From contig CM082586.2 of the NCBI GenBank assembly GCA_040954595.2, positions 1,865,124 through 1,929,123 of the forward strand: a stretch of DNA of 64,000 nucleotides, read 5' to 3'. The stretch is from Balanoglossus misakiensis (Eukaryota; Animalia; Hemichordata). The translations under genes were made by a program, and so were the position numbers. The notes beneath the pieces are model-generated. The model did no database searches, had not been told where the DNA came from, and saw only the letters and a list, made by a program, of their open reading frames with translations. Below are positions 12,901-24,531 of this stretch, one piece after another. Positions within the stretch are counted from its first letter, which is position 1; every line of letters begins with the position of its first letter.

Positions 12901-14051
12901 TGACAATAAATGCTAGACAAACACTTGTTGACGGCTGATGTCAGTGACTAACACTTACTTGCCCTTTGCCCTTCTGACGGCTTCCCTCTTCAATCTCTCG
13001 TGTTCCCTTCTTCGTTCGCTCGGTGTCATCAAGTCACTGGAAATTCAATCAAAATAGGATATACTAGTATTAAGGTGTCGTTCCAAATAGTTCTCCATAC
13101 ACTGGTTGATGTATGACTGATTATTATACTTGCAATAGACTAACATGGCCTTCTTCATTACTAATGTTCATCCATCTTCAGAACATCGGCAAAATGTCCA
13201 CTTACCTTTTCACGAAATTTGGCTGTCTGTTCTCTGTATCATGTGGAGACTCATCAGAATCTGTAAAGAGATCAATTGAATATCAAATATCAAGAATGCT
13301 GAATGGTTCATTGAGGGGTGACCACGAAAAACAAAAGCCTCAGTATTGCCGTCTATGGATGTTGAGGGCGTTCTTTCACCGTCTGACAGCCAGAGTTTTT
13401 TTTTTCTTTCTTGGCATGGCACTCAGACTGTCACCCATCAGAATTCCTAAATCAATCCAAACCTCTGGTTTCTTTCAACGTTTCAATTATAAAAAGAAGG
13501 AGACTTCTGATCTTTGCCTACCGATATCCCAGTTTTCAGTTGGCGATGGCATTTTGAAGTTTGGATTGTGATACGGTGGCACATCAGTGTTTCCTTTGAA
13601 GAATGCGCCGTCGTCGCCGATTTCCTTGGCTTGGTGGTGGAGCACATCCTGTTCAAGCACGACTTTATCCGGACAGGTGCATAAGTGATGGCGATACTCG
13701 TGCTTGGGAACAAGGTGGCGAGCATTGAATGGGCATGCCTCAAGGTTCACTGTTGGATAATTCTGGTGGGGAAGAAAATTCATGAATTTGAATACATTTC
13801 GGATCTCCAAATGGTGGATGATTATTATCTCTACTCACAGACTGTATTTATCAAAAGGAAATTACAAGATCTCAGATCTACAATGAATCCTTTCTATATC
13901 ATACACTCACCTTCTTACACTTCATGAGATGATAAGGAAACCTCTTAGATGCAACTCTGTGCACTGGGTCGTACGGACATGTCAGAAGTTCATCTGGGTC
14001 CACGTCCCCAATGGTGGCCATCTTTTTGTAATTTGAAACTGCTACAGCCAT
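9999..14051 (-). CDS. GTSF1: GTSF1/Asterix-family protein (two CHHC U11-48K-type zinc fingers) with long C-terminal extension (~493 aa)
   Basis: Ten phase-consistent coding exons: 14051-13911, 13762-13522, 13260-13206, 13036-12959, 12793-12636, 12424-11793, 11624-11565, 11428-11375, 11257-11205, 10008-9999. N-terminus DELLTCPYDPVHRVASKRFPYHLMKCKK|NYPTVNLEACPFNARHLVPKHEYRHHLCTCPDK is the GTSF1 tandem CHHC signature, followed by the aromatic ENWD motif. Alternative ATG at 14021. A probable non-coding 5' exon has its donor at 14745. Confidence 0.88.
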
Positions 14052-14749
14052 CTTTCTGCGTGAACTTGGCAAATCTGAAATGAGTAGAAGAAAGAAAAGT
14101 CACAATATTAGTTTTCTAATCGGTAGCTTCTAATCTACTTATAAAACCTCCAAATAACCAATTTCCTGCAGTCACATGTCTAGTCTTTTCTACAGGATTG
14201 GGCAAGCCTAACTTGTGATTGGCTGAATTTAAACTTTCCATGGTAACCGTGTCTAAATTTGCATAGGTGACACAGTTTTACCTTCATCCACGGAACTAGA
14301 AGCTCATCTAATCTACATTTACAATTTTTCCAACCACTTGCCAGTAGAATTGGCTCTTTCCCCGAATTGGTACAATGATCGGTGGTATTATGTGTAAAAA
14401 CCAAATGCGAAGTGGATGTTTGGGTCTTTAAAATTTAAAGTTACACCCACCCAACCCACCTCCGAATAGCCTTTGGAACTGCACGCGCCTATCTACACAA
14501 AAACGTATGCAATAACCCGCAAATTCTCGTCTGTAAAGCTTGCTAGCATAAAATCGAGAGCACCTCGAAGTTAAAGAAAGGGTGATCCCGCATCTTTGTG
14601 AATTAGAAGTGAAGTTGTGAATGAACTATTGTGAGAAAATGACAAACACATGATTCGCGTCACTTTCCAACAAGAACACGGTTTTCAATCGCGTGCGCGC
14701 AAGGATAAATCACATATATATGTAAAAGTTTGAACGAATACTTACAAGC

Positions 14750-15400
14750 ACTGCTATTCTTCTCCTAGTAAAACTTTACAATTCTGTAGAAACGTTGGAT
14801 AACACACCCACGTGCAACTTGGACGCAGGAGAAGAGTGTTTCCAGCTGATTGAAAGAGAAAAGGATGCTGAATTGTTCTTGCGCGTTGTCTTTGCGCACT
14901 GGATTTGCATAATGCATAAAATATTCCGAGGCGAGGGATGCGACGAAAATTAAAATGATGAATGAAAATCGAGTACTTTCACTGAAATGAGAACCGTCAA
15001 CATATGTGAAGATGCCCTTTGACTGGTTGTTATACTAATGACGCTTAATTTACACCATCATTACGCGTAATTGGGTTCTGCTTCAACGTTGCCAAGCGTT
15101 TTTCATTGACCTTACCTTCTCTTTAATCGACAAGTCCCAGATTGTGCAACACGTTGATTAAGAACATAATGGTGACGTCATGACGCAGGGACTCATCTGA
15201 TTGGCTGCTTCGACGTCGGCGGTAGATTTCATAAACAGGAAGTGGCTAAACAGGTTGAAAACTCCCGCGGTATGATCGATGGTATATACAAGGAATGTTA
15301 TGTTAAATTTGAAGGGGAGGATCCAACAAATTTTTCCCTGGAACGATTTTAGAGAAACAGCGTTAGGTAGGCTAAGAGTTTCAGCACGATCTTGGCGTAC
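14750..15400. promoter_or_regulatory. Probable bidirectional promoter between GTSF1 (-) and MRNIP (+)
   Basis: CpG-enriched segment between divergent genes. Perfect CRE TGACGTCA at 15173-15180 followed by TGACGC, an inverted CCAAT (GATTGG, ~15199) and an ETS-like CAGGAAGT (~15236). TSS positions cannot be determined. Confidence 0.55.
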
Positions 15401-15539
15401 GAAGTCCGGCTATCTGCGCTCGCGATCTTAGCCAAACAGGAAGCTGGTAACCCTGTTGGTTTTATAGACTTTACCGTTGCCAAGCAACAGCGTCAAGTCT
15501 CTTTTTGTTTTAGGTGTTTAGGCTCTTACCACAATCATC

Positions 15540-17179
15540 ATGGGACAAGAGTTCAATGTGGTCAGGTGTTTCCAATGCAATGTATTTCAAGTTCAGCAAG
15601 TCAAGAAGAGTAAGAAATGGACATGTAAAATGTGTGGAGCCAAGCAGTCCTTGAAAAAGGTACCAGAGTGACAATATATTCACTATTCTTGTGGTAGTAT
15701 TAGATGATGACAAGAATGGTAATATGCAAACAATTACATGCTCCCTGCTTTCCCAATCAACAAATTGTCAATGCAAAACTTGATTGTGTGATACCTCTGT
15801 TGTTCACAGATTTATGGACAAGGCTCTGGGGCAGACTGCAGAAGACATGTACAGAAACTCAATATGATGAGAGGTGATACAGAAGAAAGGGAGGATGCTG
15901 CAAATGATGAATGTGGCGATGATGAGGATGATCGTGAAATCTGGCAAAATGATGAATGTCAAGGTGGTGGCACTGAGGTAAGAAAATGACTCTGTGATGG
16001 CTGATATGTTTTGTGAGTCTTGTTTCCACAACAAATAGCGCTTTAACAAGAAGTCAAGAAAGTAATCACCTCCTTTTTATTGCACTGGCAGACCCCAGGA
16101 GATTTTTCCACTGCTGAAGAAACCAAGTGGGCTCAGTTTCTTGATGCCAATCCAGACGGAGATGCCAGTTATCACGATGAAAGGGAAAAAGATGAAATCT
16201 CATGTACCACTGATAGGAATGAGTTTGACGGTATTCGCAGAGCAAATTGCAAGCAGTGGAGAAACAGGTTTGTTGTGATCTCAGATATGACCCATTAATA
16301 ACTAACCATGTTTGTATACTTTCAGTAAAACATTTAAATTTTTTCACAGGAGATGGGGAGGGACAGGGTCATCTGGATCTGAATTCCGAGGAGGTCGCAA
16401 ATGGGGAAGAAAACGGCAAAGACATGAGGAGAATGACGATGGCAAACACCAGGTGAGTCAAAAACCTAACATCACAGCTATCCAATTCTGAAATCAATTA
16501 TGTGAAATATTTGATTGTTTTATAACAATTTGTAACATAACGGTATTGCATGTATCCTCTTTTTGTCACTCTTTAATAGGACCATGGAAATACAGATTTC
16601 CACCAAGATGCCAAACGAACCTCTTTTCAGAGATATGCATCACGAGAACCAGAATATCAAGGTTCACTGGAGAACAGAAACATACCAAAGAATCGAACAC
16701 CTGACAGAATGGGGAGTCACCGTGGCAACATCACGAATGAGAGATTTCAGTCACAGAGACAACCAAAACCACCAACTCTGAACAGTAAACCAGCGACCTC
16801 ATCTAAGTGGAGCACATTCCTACCACTTTGTGAAGAAGACGAGGAAGGGAATAGTCAGTTGACAGAAGAACATGCAAGCGATGACACTCCACAGTACTAC
16901 AGTGGTGTAAGAAACACTGACCAACAGGGTGGTGCATCAAAATGGGCAATGTTTGTCACAAATGAGTGTGCGCTTGAAGAAATCGGAAATCCTGATCCAA
17001 AACCTGTGTCAGTAGAAACAAAGGATGATTCTCCCACTGCTAATGACTCCAGCTGTACAGGAACTGTCACTACAAACCACAGGAAAAATAACTCTTTCAA
17101 AGCCACTGATTTCTTGACGTCTAAGAGTGCCACGTTTGAAGTGGATGATGAACTTGACAGTATTCTTGATGATTTCTGA
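15540..17179 (+). CDS. MRNIP: MRN complex-interacting protein (C5orf45/UPF0544 family), ~388 aa
   Basis: Exons 15540-15659, 15810-15977, 16092-16267, 16350-16452, 16580-17179. N-terminus [40 protein letters not shown]|[18 protein letters not shown] is the MRNIP zinc-ribbon signature. Repeated (S/T)KWxxF motifs follow. AATAAA at ~17518. Confidence 0.9.
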
Positions 17180-17723
17180 GTTAAACAGATGTTACGACAT
17201 CTGACAAAGTCAGATATGAGTTGTAGTGTAGTGTAGATACTGATTGCCATTGGTAATTCTACATGTATAATTGATGCTATGAATGAAGAATGTTCAAGAA
17301 GTATTTTATGGACAAATCTCGCTGGTAACATAAAGAATTATATGTATGGCCAGAGGGGATTCCTTAAGCTCCCTAGCTCCACAGTTATTTATTTGGTAGA
17401 ACGACACAAAATGAGAAAGTCTTGCTCGAAAATGTTTCATATTGTCGACAATGGTGAAAAATCTTCCTAACAGACGATAAAATTGTGCATAGTGTTGTCA
17501 AATGTGTTTAAACTGGAATAAACATCGATTATTGGAGAGAAGTCTAAAATATCAGTAACCTAAGGGGTTTATTGGAGGGAATCCCACATGTGTAGGGTTC
17601 GAATGATCTATTGATCTCCATGGCTACAATTATTGCTGCTATAAATAATCTGTGAGTCTTCTATCCCTCGATCCAATATTCCTCGAAACATGACCGAGAC
17701 AATGTGCAACCCAGAAACAGAAA

Positions 17724-19193
17724 ATGGCACCATCAGATAGCGACTCTCGTGAACGGAAGTGGATATACTACATCGCGGTTGTTGGTGCAGGTGCAGTGAC
17801 GTTTCCAGGTTGTTTGGGGGTGTTCCAGCATCTTATTTTTAAGCCGCTTCATCTGTGCTCGTCCGTGGCCTTATCACCTGTACTAGGATTCGCTGCGGTA
17901 ACATCCTCAGGGATAATCGCATCGATTGGAATATATGTAGTATCAAACTTATTGAACAGACATAGACACATCACGGCCATTGCCAACTGTGCCAGTGACA
18001 CTACGATCACTTCTAACTCAGGTGGGACATTGTTTAAAATTCAAATCAGGTCCTGGTTCAATCTATAATGCGTTGATGTACTCTAATCGGGACCAGGGAT
18101 AATTTAGACGCGTCTTTTAAAGCATTTGTGTACACTGTAGTAACTTCTGAAATCTACAGGAAAAGCGCCCTCACTAGATAACAACAAAAAATGAAAGTAG
18201 TATCCTTAAAAGCTGCGTTTTTCTGGTATTGTTGCTTCAATTCATTCACACACTCGCTGCATACATTTCTCTTGTGTTATAAAGACTATTCTGAGGTAGA
18301 AAGATTCATTTGAAAACTTAACTTTGTATGCCAATGTTTTATCTTTTTCTGCAAAACAGGTTGCAATAGATATAAAAGCATAGGTCCACCACAAGAACTC
18401 GTGAAGTATCTACCTGCCTATGGTGTTATCACTGCTGCTGTGTTCAAACTTTTCAGTGGGCAGTTCCGCTCAGTTCTTCCCAGTAGTTTACTTCAACCAG
18501 GTAAGAAGTCACCCAAGTTTTTTGTTTTGCTTTAGCTAAAGTAGAACAGTTCTTGATAGAAGCAAAATAGGAAACAATATTTTCCCTGATTTTAATTCCT
18601 TACAGGTGCTTTTGCAAGGGAGAGTATTCCCGCAACAGTGAAGTATGCACGACAGTCGCAGAGGAAGAAAATTCAGGACATGGGCAAAAAGCATGGTTGT
18701 CACTCTTGTGGCAGGTGGCTACGAATAAGGTTTTATATCGCTGATCATCAACCACCTATTGCTGTGAGTGTAAAAGCCAAGTGTGATTGTCATTTACTTT
18801 TATGAATATTGTAGTTTTAAAAGTGAAAGGGAGGCCCAGCCATGTACATAAATTTTAGTCATAGTTACCATGGATACTGGTGAACTATTGCCAATCACAA
18901 CTTTTCACTTGATGGAAAAGGAATGCAACAGCTGTTTGAATTCAATGTTGTCTTTTATACAGGTTGTGCTGCAGAATTCTAAAACCAATGGCGGACCCAT
19001 ACAGGAACAGAAATTCTACCCACAATGCTTCAACTGCGCCAAGAAGCAGAGATACTGTATCAACAAACCTGTGAGGGCGTTGGTGACACACGCTACGTCA
19101 CTCAGAAGATGGCACTTTTTTCTTCCACTGCCATTGCTGCTGCCGCCCTCTGTGTTGAATTGCGTCAAAGACCAAATCTTGTCGCTGAGGTGA
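17724..19193 (+). CDS. Uncharacterised membrane-associated protein with C-terminal Zn-binding HNH-like (CxxC..DH..CxxC) domain, ~275 aa
   Basis: Exons 17724-18021, 18360-18500, 18606-18763, 18963-19193 (all GT-AG, phases 1/1/0). Hydrophobic N-terminal segments, then PGAFARESIPA...GKKHGCHSCG...IADHQPP...QKFYPQCFNC. Confidence 0.8.
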
Positions 19194-19749
19194 CGATCTC
19201 GGAAGAAATGGAGACCAACCAAATCTGCAATGAATCTATCTGTTCTGTGGTGGAAATCAAAATGGAGTCAGAGTGAATTTGCAGTCTAGTGGAGATTGCT
19301 TGCAGATGCACAAGACTGGGATCTTGACGGTTTTATCTGACGGAAATTGTCATATGTCGGATTTTTTATGCAAAGTTTCATGTCAAAAGTGAACCATGTT
19401 GATAGGCAACAAACTTTTCTAAATTTCCTTCACATGTAAATAATGGTCAGAATAAAGAAGCCTGTATAAACAATGTCAATATTTTTGTTTTTAATTTTTT
19501 TATAATTTGGGTTTTAGTCTATTTTAGTACATTTTATTTTGTACTTGCTTGTAATTAAAATAACAAGCTGGAAAGTATAGCTGCGAGAATCTCCATTGTT
19601 CATGAAACCATAGATGTAACAGATGATGAACCCTAACAAGGCTTGTAAACAAAGAGGAAACCCTCAAAAACACTCAACTTCCCCAGGGTCCACTCCAACG
19701 CCCGCCACCCACGGCGTCTGAAATAAACTAGCTGGGTCTGCAGCAAACC

Positions 19750-19870
19750 GGACAACACTGACGCAATCGCGTAAATTTACCGCACTCCGATTGGTCAATA
19801 TTTTCGCATACGTCATGCTGGACCAATGGGAGGCAGGGTGTATATTTCATCACATGACTGTCATATGACC
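19750..19870 (+). promoter_or_regulatory. CpG-rich proximal promoter of CREBL2 with ATF/CRE half-sites and CCAAT boxes
   Basis: TGACGCAAT (~19759), GATTGG (~19789), CGTCA (~19811) and CCAAT (~19823) clustered 150-220 nt upstream of the first ATG. Confidence 0.45.
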
Positions 19871-19973
19871 ATTATATCAGGTTTGTTTTTATTTTGGTTT
19901 AGCTGACTCCGACTAAGCAGAAGTTACGAAACTCTATCGAAAAATTGGTGTTTTCCAGCGTTTTCGACGATAA

Positions 19974-21361
19974 ATGAGCAGTTACCAAGGCGCTACAAGG
20001 TTTTCTCGCCCCGAGAGTGGCATCATGAAGGGTGACTTGCCTGGCGTGAGGCGAAAAGACGAAAACAAAGTGAAGGTAAGCGACTTGTTTTCTCGGTACT
20101 ATGGTACGGTTTGTACGAAGGTCACTCGCCATAGTTTCTGGAAAATTCCCCGACGGGCATTGTATTTCTCGTTTAAATGTTTGGGCGTATATGTTAGGGA
20201 ATTGCCCCAAGACCATAAATTTCGAGCTTTTGCACGAAATTAACGCCCGAGCAGATGGCATGCAGAGAAAAACTCATAACCTGGGTGATTGCGAAATCGC
20301 TGGATCGCCATCTTTGTTTACAATCAGAACTGTACCAAGGTCGTTGACATCATTGTTGGTATGCTCCGTATGTGGATCAACGAGGAAGTAGTCGCGTTCC
20401 CGTTCTGGTTCAACCCATTGTTCTTCATGTGGGCGGGGGCTGGTTTTAGCTTTCGCACATAATATGAACAACAGCACTAGAAAATATGTTGGGGGACATA
20501 GTGAAATTGAGTACATGTCTTTTTCGAGTGTAATTGAATTTCAGTGATAGTTCAGTCACAAACAGCCAACGGAGTGGTACAGCCACAAATCCACAGTAGC
20601 CTAATTCTAAACCGAAAGTGAAACAGTAAACAAAGTCTAAATTCCATTGATATAAAGATCAGTGTTTATGAACTGCCAGACTACCAATATGGTTTACAAA
20701 TGATTTGTTGACATATGCAAATGAGATCAACTTTTGTGTGAATATTCCTGTAGAGAGTCCCCAAAGGGAAAAAGCCAGGGACGGGCAGAAGAGGAAGAAA
20801 ACCATCAAAGATCGATCAAAAGGCCAAATTAGAAAGAAGTCGGCAGAGTGCTCGGGAGTGCAGAGCCAGGAAGAAGCTCAGATACCAACATCTGGAGAAA
20901 ATGGTGACACACCGAGAGAAGGAAATCAGTAAACTGAGAGAAGAACTGGAAACGGTAAGTTTTATGACAGTTACTGTACCCCCCTTCACCACATGAATTG
21001 GTACAACCCCATTATGTTTAATAGGGAAGGATGAATCCATTGTTCAGCGAAAGAGGTGGAAGGGTCAAATAAATTTTCTGTGCAACATACACAGTATATG
21101 AAAGTCCATACTACTAGTAATTCTGATGACTTAGTCAATGGTAAATTTCAAAAATTATTCTAATGATATGTGTTTCATTATTTTCCTTCACAGTACAAAA
21201 ATTGGTGTCAGTTAATCGACAAAGGGATCCTACCGACTGAAATTAAAAATATTCTGAGACTAGCGGCAGCCACTGGACATGGAACTAAGCATTTATCAAG
21301 CCACGATGGAAATGGACGAGAAAAGCTAAAAATGCAGATTCCGAAACAGAAGCTGCGTTAG
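19974..21361 (+). CDS. CREBL2: cAMP-responsive element-binding protein-like 2 (bZIP; REPTOR-BP orthologue), ~156 aa
   Basis: Exons 19974-20075 (alternative ATG 20025), 20754-20954, 21194-21361. Translation contains RGRKPSKIDQKAKLERSRQSARECRARKKLRYQHLE...LREELET|YKNWCQLIDKGILPTEIK, matching the CREBL2 bZIP and the following YKxWC..D.G..P.EIK motif. Confidence 0.93.
20975..21068 (+). mobile_element. Diverged copy of the same MITE family (CREBL2 intron 2)
   Basis: CCCCTTCACC...AACCCCATT...GGTGGAAGGG with the same ~94-bp span. Confidence 0.45.
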
Positions 21362-22453
21362 AAAAGTTCAAATGGTGATGTCGTTGGCATGCCACCAGTC
21401 TGTGAGCGTGTGTGTTCCCTGTTTCTTTTCAGCCTGACATCATTGGACTGCAGACTTTCAGCTGATATCAGAGACTACTTTCAATGTCTTACAAGTAGAC
21501 AGACTTAGTTTGAGTGGTGTGAATTGGGATAAACTGCTCCCTCAAAGCGATCATATCATACACGTCTATATTTCTAGGCCTAAAGCAGGCGGTACTCTAG
21601 AGAGAGAGAGAGAAAAAAAAGCAAAACATTCAGCATTGATGAATGGGCTGAGCTTCAACCATCATCATCCGTCAGTGATTATTTTCGTGATCATCTGGTT
21701 TTGTTGCAAACCCTTTTCAAGGACTGCGCAAGAACATAATGCAGTTATATTGCGTATAGCTGGAATTGAAGGATGACAGTACATGCAAGACGTGACAGAA
21801 TCCAACCGTGGTGATCGCAGAAAATTGGCTGGCCCAATGGTGATAACGTCATAGAAGACTTGGAGCTGAAGGAGCATGTTGAAAGAATTCCCCCCTCAAA
21901 AGCCACAAGGACTAAATGGAAACATTTCATGGAGTGCAATTACTGTATCATATCTTAACTAAAACTATATGTTGAAAACTAAAAAAAGAAAAACCCAGAA
22001 ATGATAAACACTGAAGAGAAAATGGTGAGGTTATTTTTCGAGAGGACAGGAGATGAGATTCAGCTGGGACTGAAATCTGAAAAACTGAAATAGTGCTGAA
22101 AATATCTTGCCAAATAAAGCACCAATTACTGTACATACTATATATGCGGGTTAAAAAATATGTTTCCTGTTAACATTATCTTTTCTTCTTTTCTTTCACG
22201 TTGGCTGTCGTCAATGCTAGATGTTTGTTTTGCAATCACTGCCATGTTTCACAAGCAATGAGAGCAAGATTTCTTTGATTTGCACATAATCAGAAATCTC
22301 TTTTGTGTCTGTTCACAGATTTACATGTAGTACCTGTATATATTTGAGATTTGTCATATTCATTTACATAACAAATGGAGGTGATCAGTTGATGCTGGTT
22401 ACATGGGGGAAAAATCCACGGACTTAAAAATTAGAATCCTGATTTTTGAGATG

Positions 22454-22547
22454 TTAACCCTGTCACCCCTGTTTTACATTGGTAGGGTCCAGCCTCTCCA
22501 TTGATATCAATGGGGTTTGAACCACGTTCTGGTGTTGACAGGGTTAA
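22454..22547 (-). mobile_element. Full-length 94-bp TTAA-flanked MITE (piggyBac-type termini)
   Basis: TTAA-CCCTGTCA ... TGACAGGG-TTAA perfect termini; internal AAACCCCATTG on the minus strand is shared with other copies. Confidence 0.7.
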
Positions 22548-24531
22548 CTTCTCCTCTCCCAGCTGAATTGAAATTCACATCCAACTCTGCGATGAAAAAA
22601 TTGTGTTCACTTTTGTTTGCCATGACTGTTGCAGACAATTTGCTATCATGTTTAGATTCCTTTTGATTGAAACGAATATTGTAACTTTTTCCATTATAGA
22701 GTTTATGATTGTGTGACGAACTGAAATCTGACAGTTTCGCTATGAATACAGAACTTCGAAAGAGAAATGAGACTGAAAACAGAAGATCCTTGTACATACC
22801 AAACTTTACATGTATTTAAAAAAAAAAAACTATTTGCATCCATTTTAGTCTGGTATCTGCTGTTTTCAGAAAACTGGAGTGAATTTACATTTTGTCCCTG
22901 AAATTGATACTTTAATATTTATTTAATAATAATATACAGAGTTTGAGATTTTATGTATTTATAAATATACTGGAATAGGTTGCGTGTATTATATCTGTAC
23001 TTTGGTAGAATAGACTATTTTATGTGAGAAGTGGATAGATATATATCTTTGGACATTCCGTTGATTAGAAGTTTACAGAAAGGGGAACTGAATTCTACCA
23101 AACTAGTATTATCATGTCTTGTTTTACATTGTTTAACAGAAGCACTTGATGGAAGTTGTGTTGAGAGCTTATATACTTTACTCACTAGTATGCTGTATAT
23201 TGCTTGAAATCGCTGGGTGGTGTGACAGACAGACTCGCCAAAGACATAATCCTAACTCTTCGTATGAGGTCACTAATTCTTGCTGCTATCTGCAATCTTC
23301 TTAGGGGCTTGAATTATCATTATAAACTATTAAATGGTGGTGTTCAAATGTGCAAACTTCTCCATCTTAAGAAATCTATAATTAAACATCCCTTTAAAGG
23401 TATATGTACTATAATCATGATAACAAAATCTTTGGGTATCTGTACATAGTCATATGATATATCACACATAAAAATCCATGTAACCTGTTAACTCTAAGTT
23501 TTCCGATAACAGTCTTACCTAAGCTATGGGTTCAACTTCTACACACATGGAGTCGATAGTTGTGGGGGTAACTTTGAACTCATCAGGATAAAATACGGAA
23601 AAGTGCAAATTTTTAGAAATCTGGCGAATCAAACGTTTAGACCATGTTTTCAATATTTAGAAATACGCATAAATTTCAAACACATTCAGGCAAAAAATTG
23701 GCTACAAAAGAAATATTTTACTGCATTGTATGATGAATAAACAGTTCTAGACAAACTGAAGCTGCTAGCCGTCAGAATGACTGATACAATTTAGGAAACT
23801 ACCAACACAGCAATGAATCCATGTGCTTTACTTTTGTAACCTCTCAGTAAAGACTTCTCTGTATTTACAAGCATGTATTTTCCTCCTATGCAATTCAACA
23901 AATCTATAAAACACATCAAAATGGTACACACAAAACAGTACAGCAAATGAAAATATTACTTTTATTTTTCAATACAAAGATTTTTGCCTGTCCTGTACAA
24001 TTTTTCATTTGGATGTCATTGACGTGAATAATAAAGTTTTATAATAGTTGAGCCTCTAAATGTTCGTCTGAGTCTAGTCATTTTATGAACATGATTATCA
24101 CACTTATATAGAGAAGAATTTCTCAACAACACATCTCTGGTACTCACTGAAAAAAAATCTCTGCCTCACATCACTTCAAATTTGAAATCCAAGGACAGAC
24201 GAAACCCGACAGAGAAACATATGAAACTTTGTGATTCTCAGTCAATTAGATGTAAAGAAAAAAAGCTATTTTTACACCAATATTTGCCAGTATGTGCAAA
24301 TCTTTTCTATAAATAGATACCACACACTGTGATTGTTATGAGGTTTCCCTTGGCAGTCACACCTTTGTATATACAATGGAACACACACAAAGCTAGATGA
24401 GATATATTTTGTTCAAGACAGCTTCAGATTATTCTCTTCTTAAAGAAAACTTTTATAGAAGAATTTATAGAAGAATTGGAAGGTTTGTATTACTAATTTT
24501 TCTGGAAATCTGTCCTGAGACACATACTACC

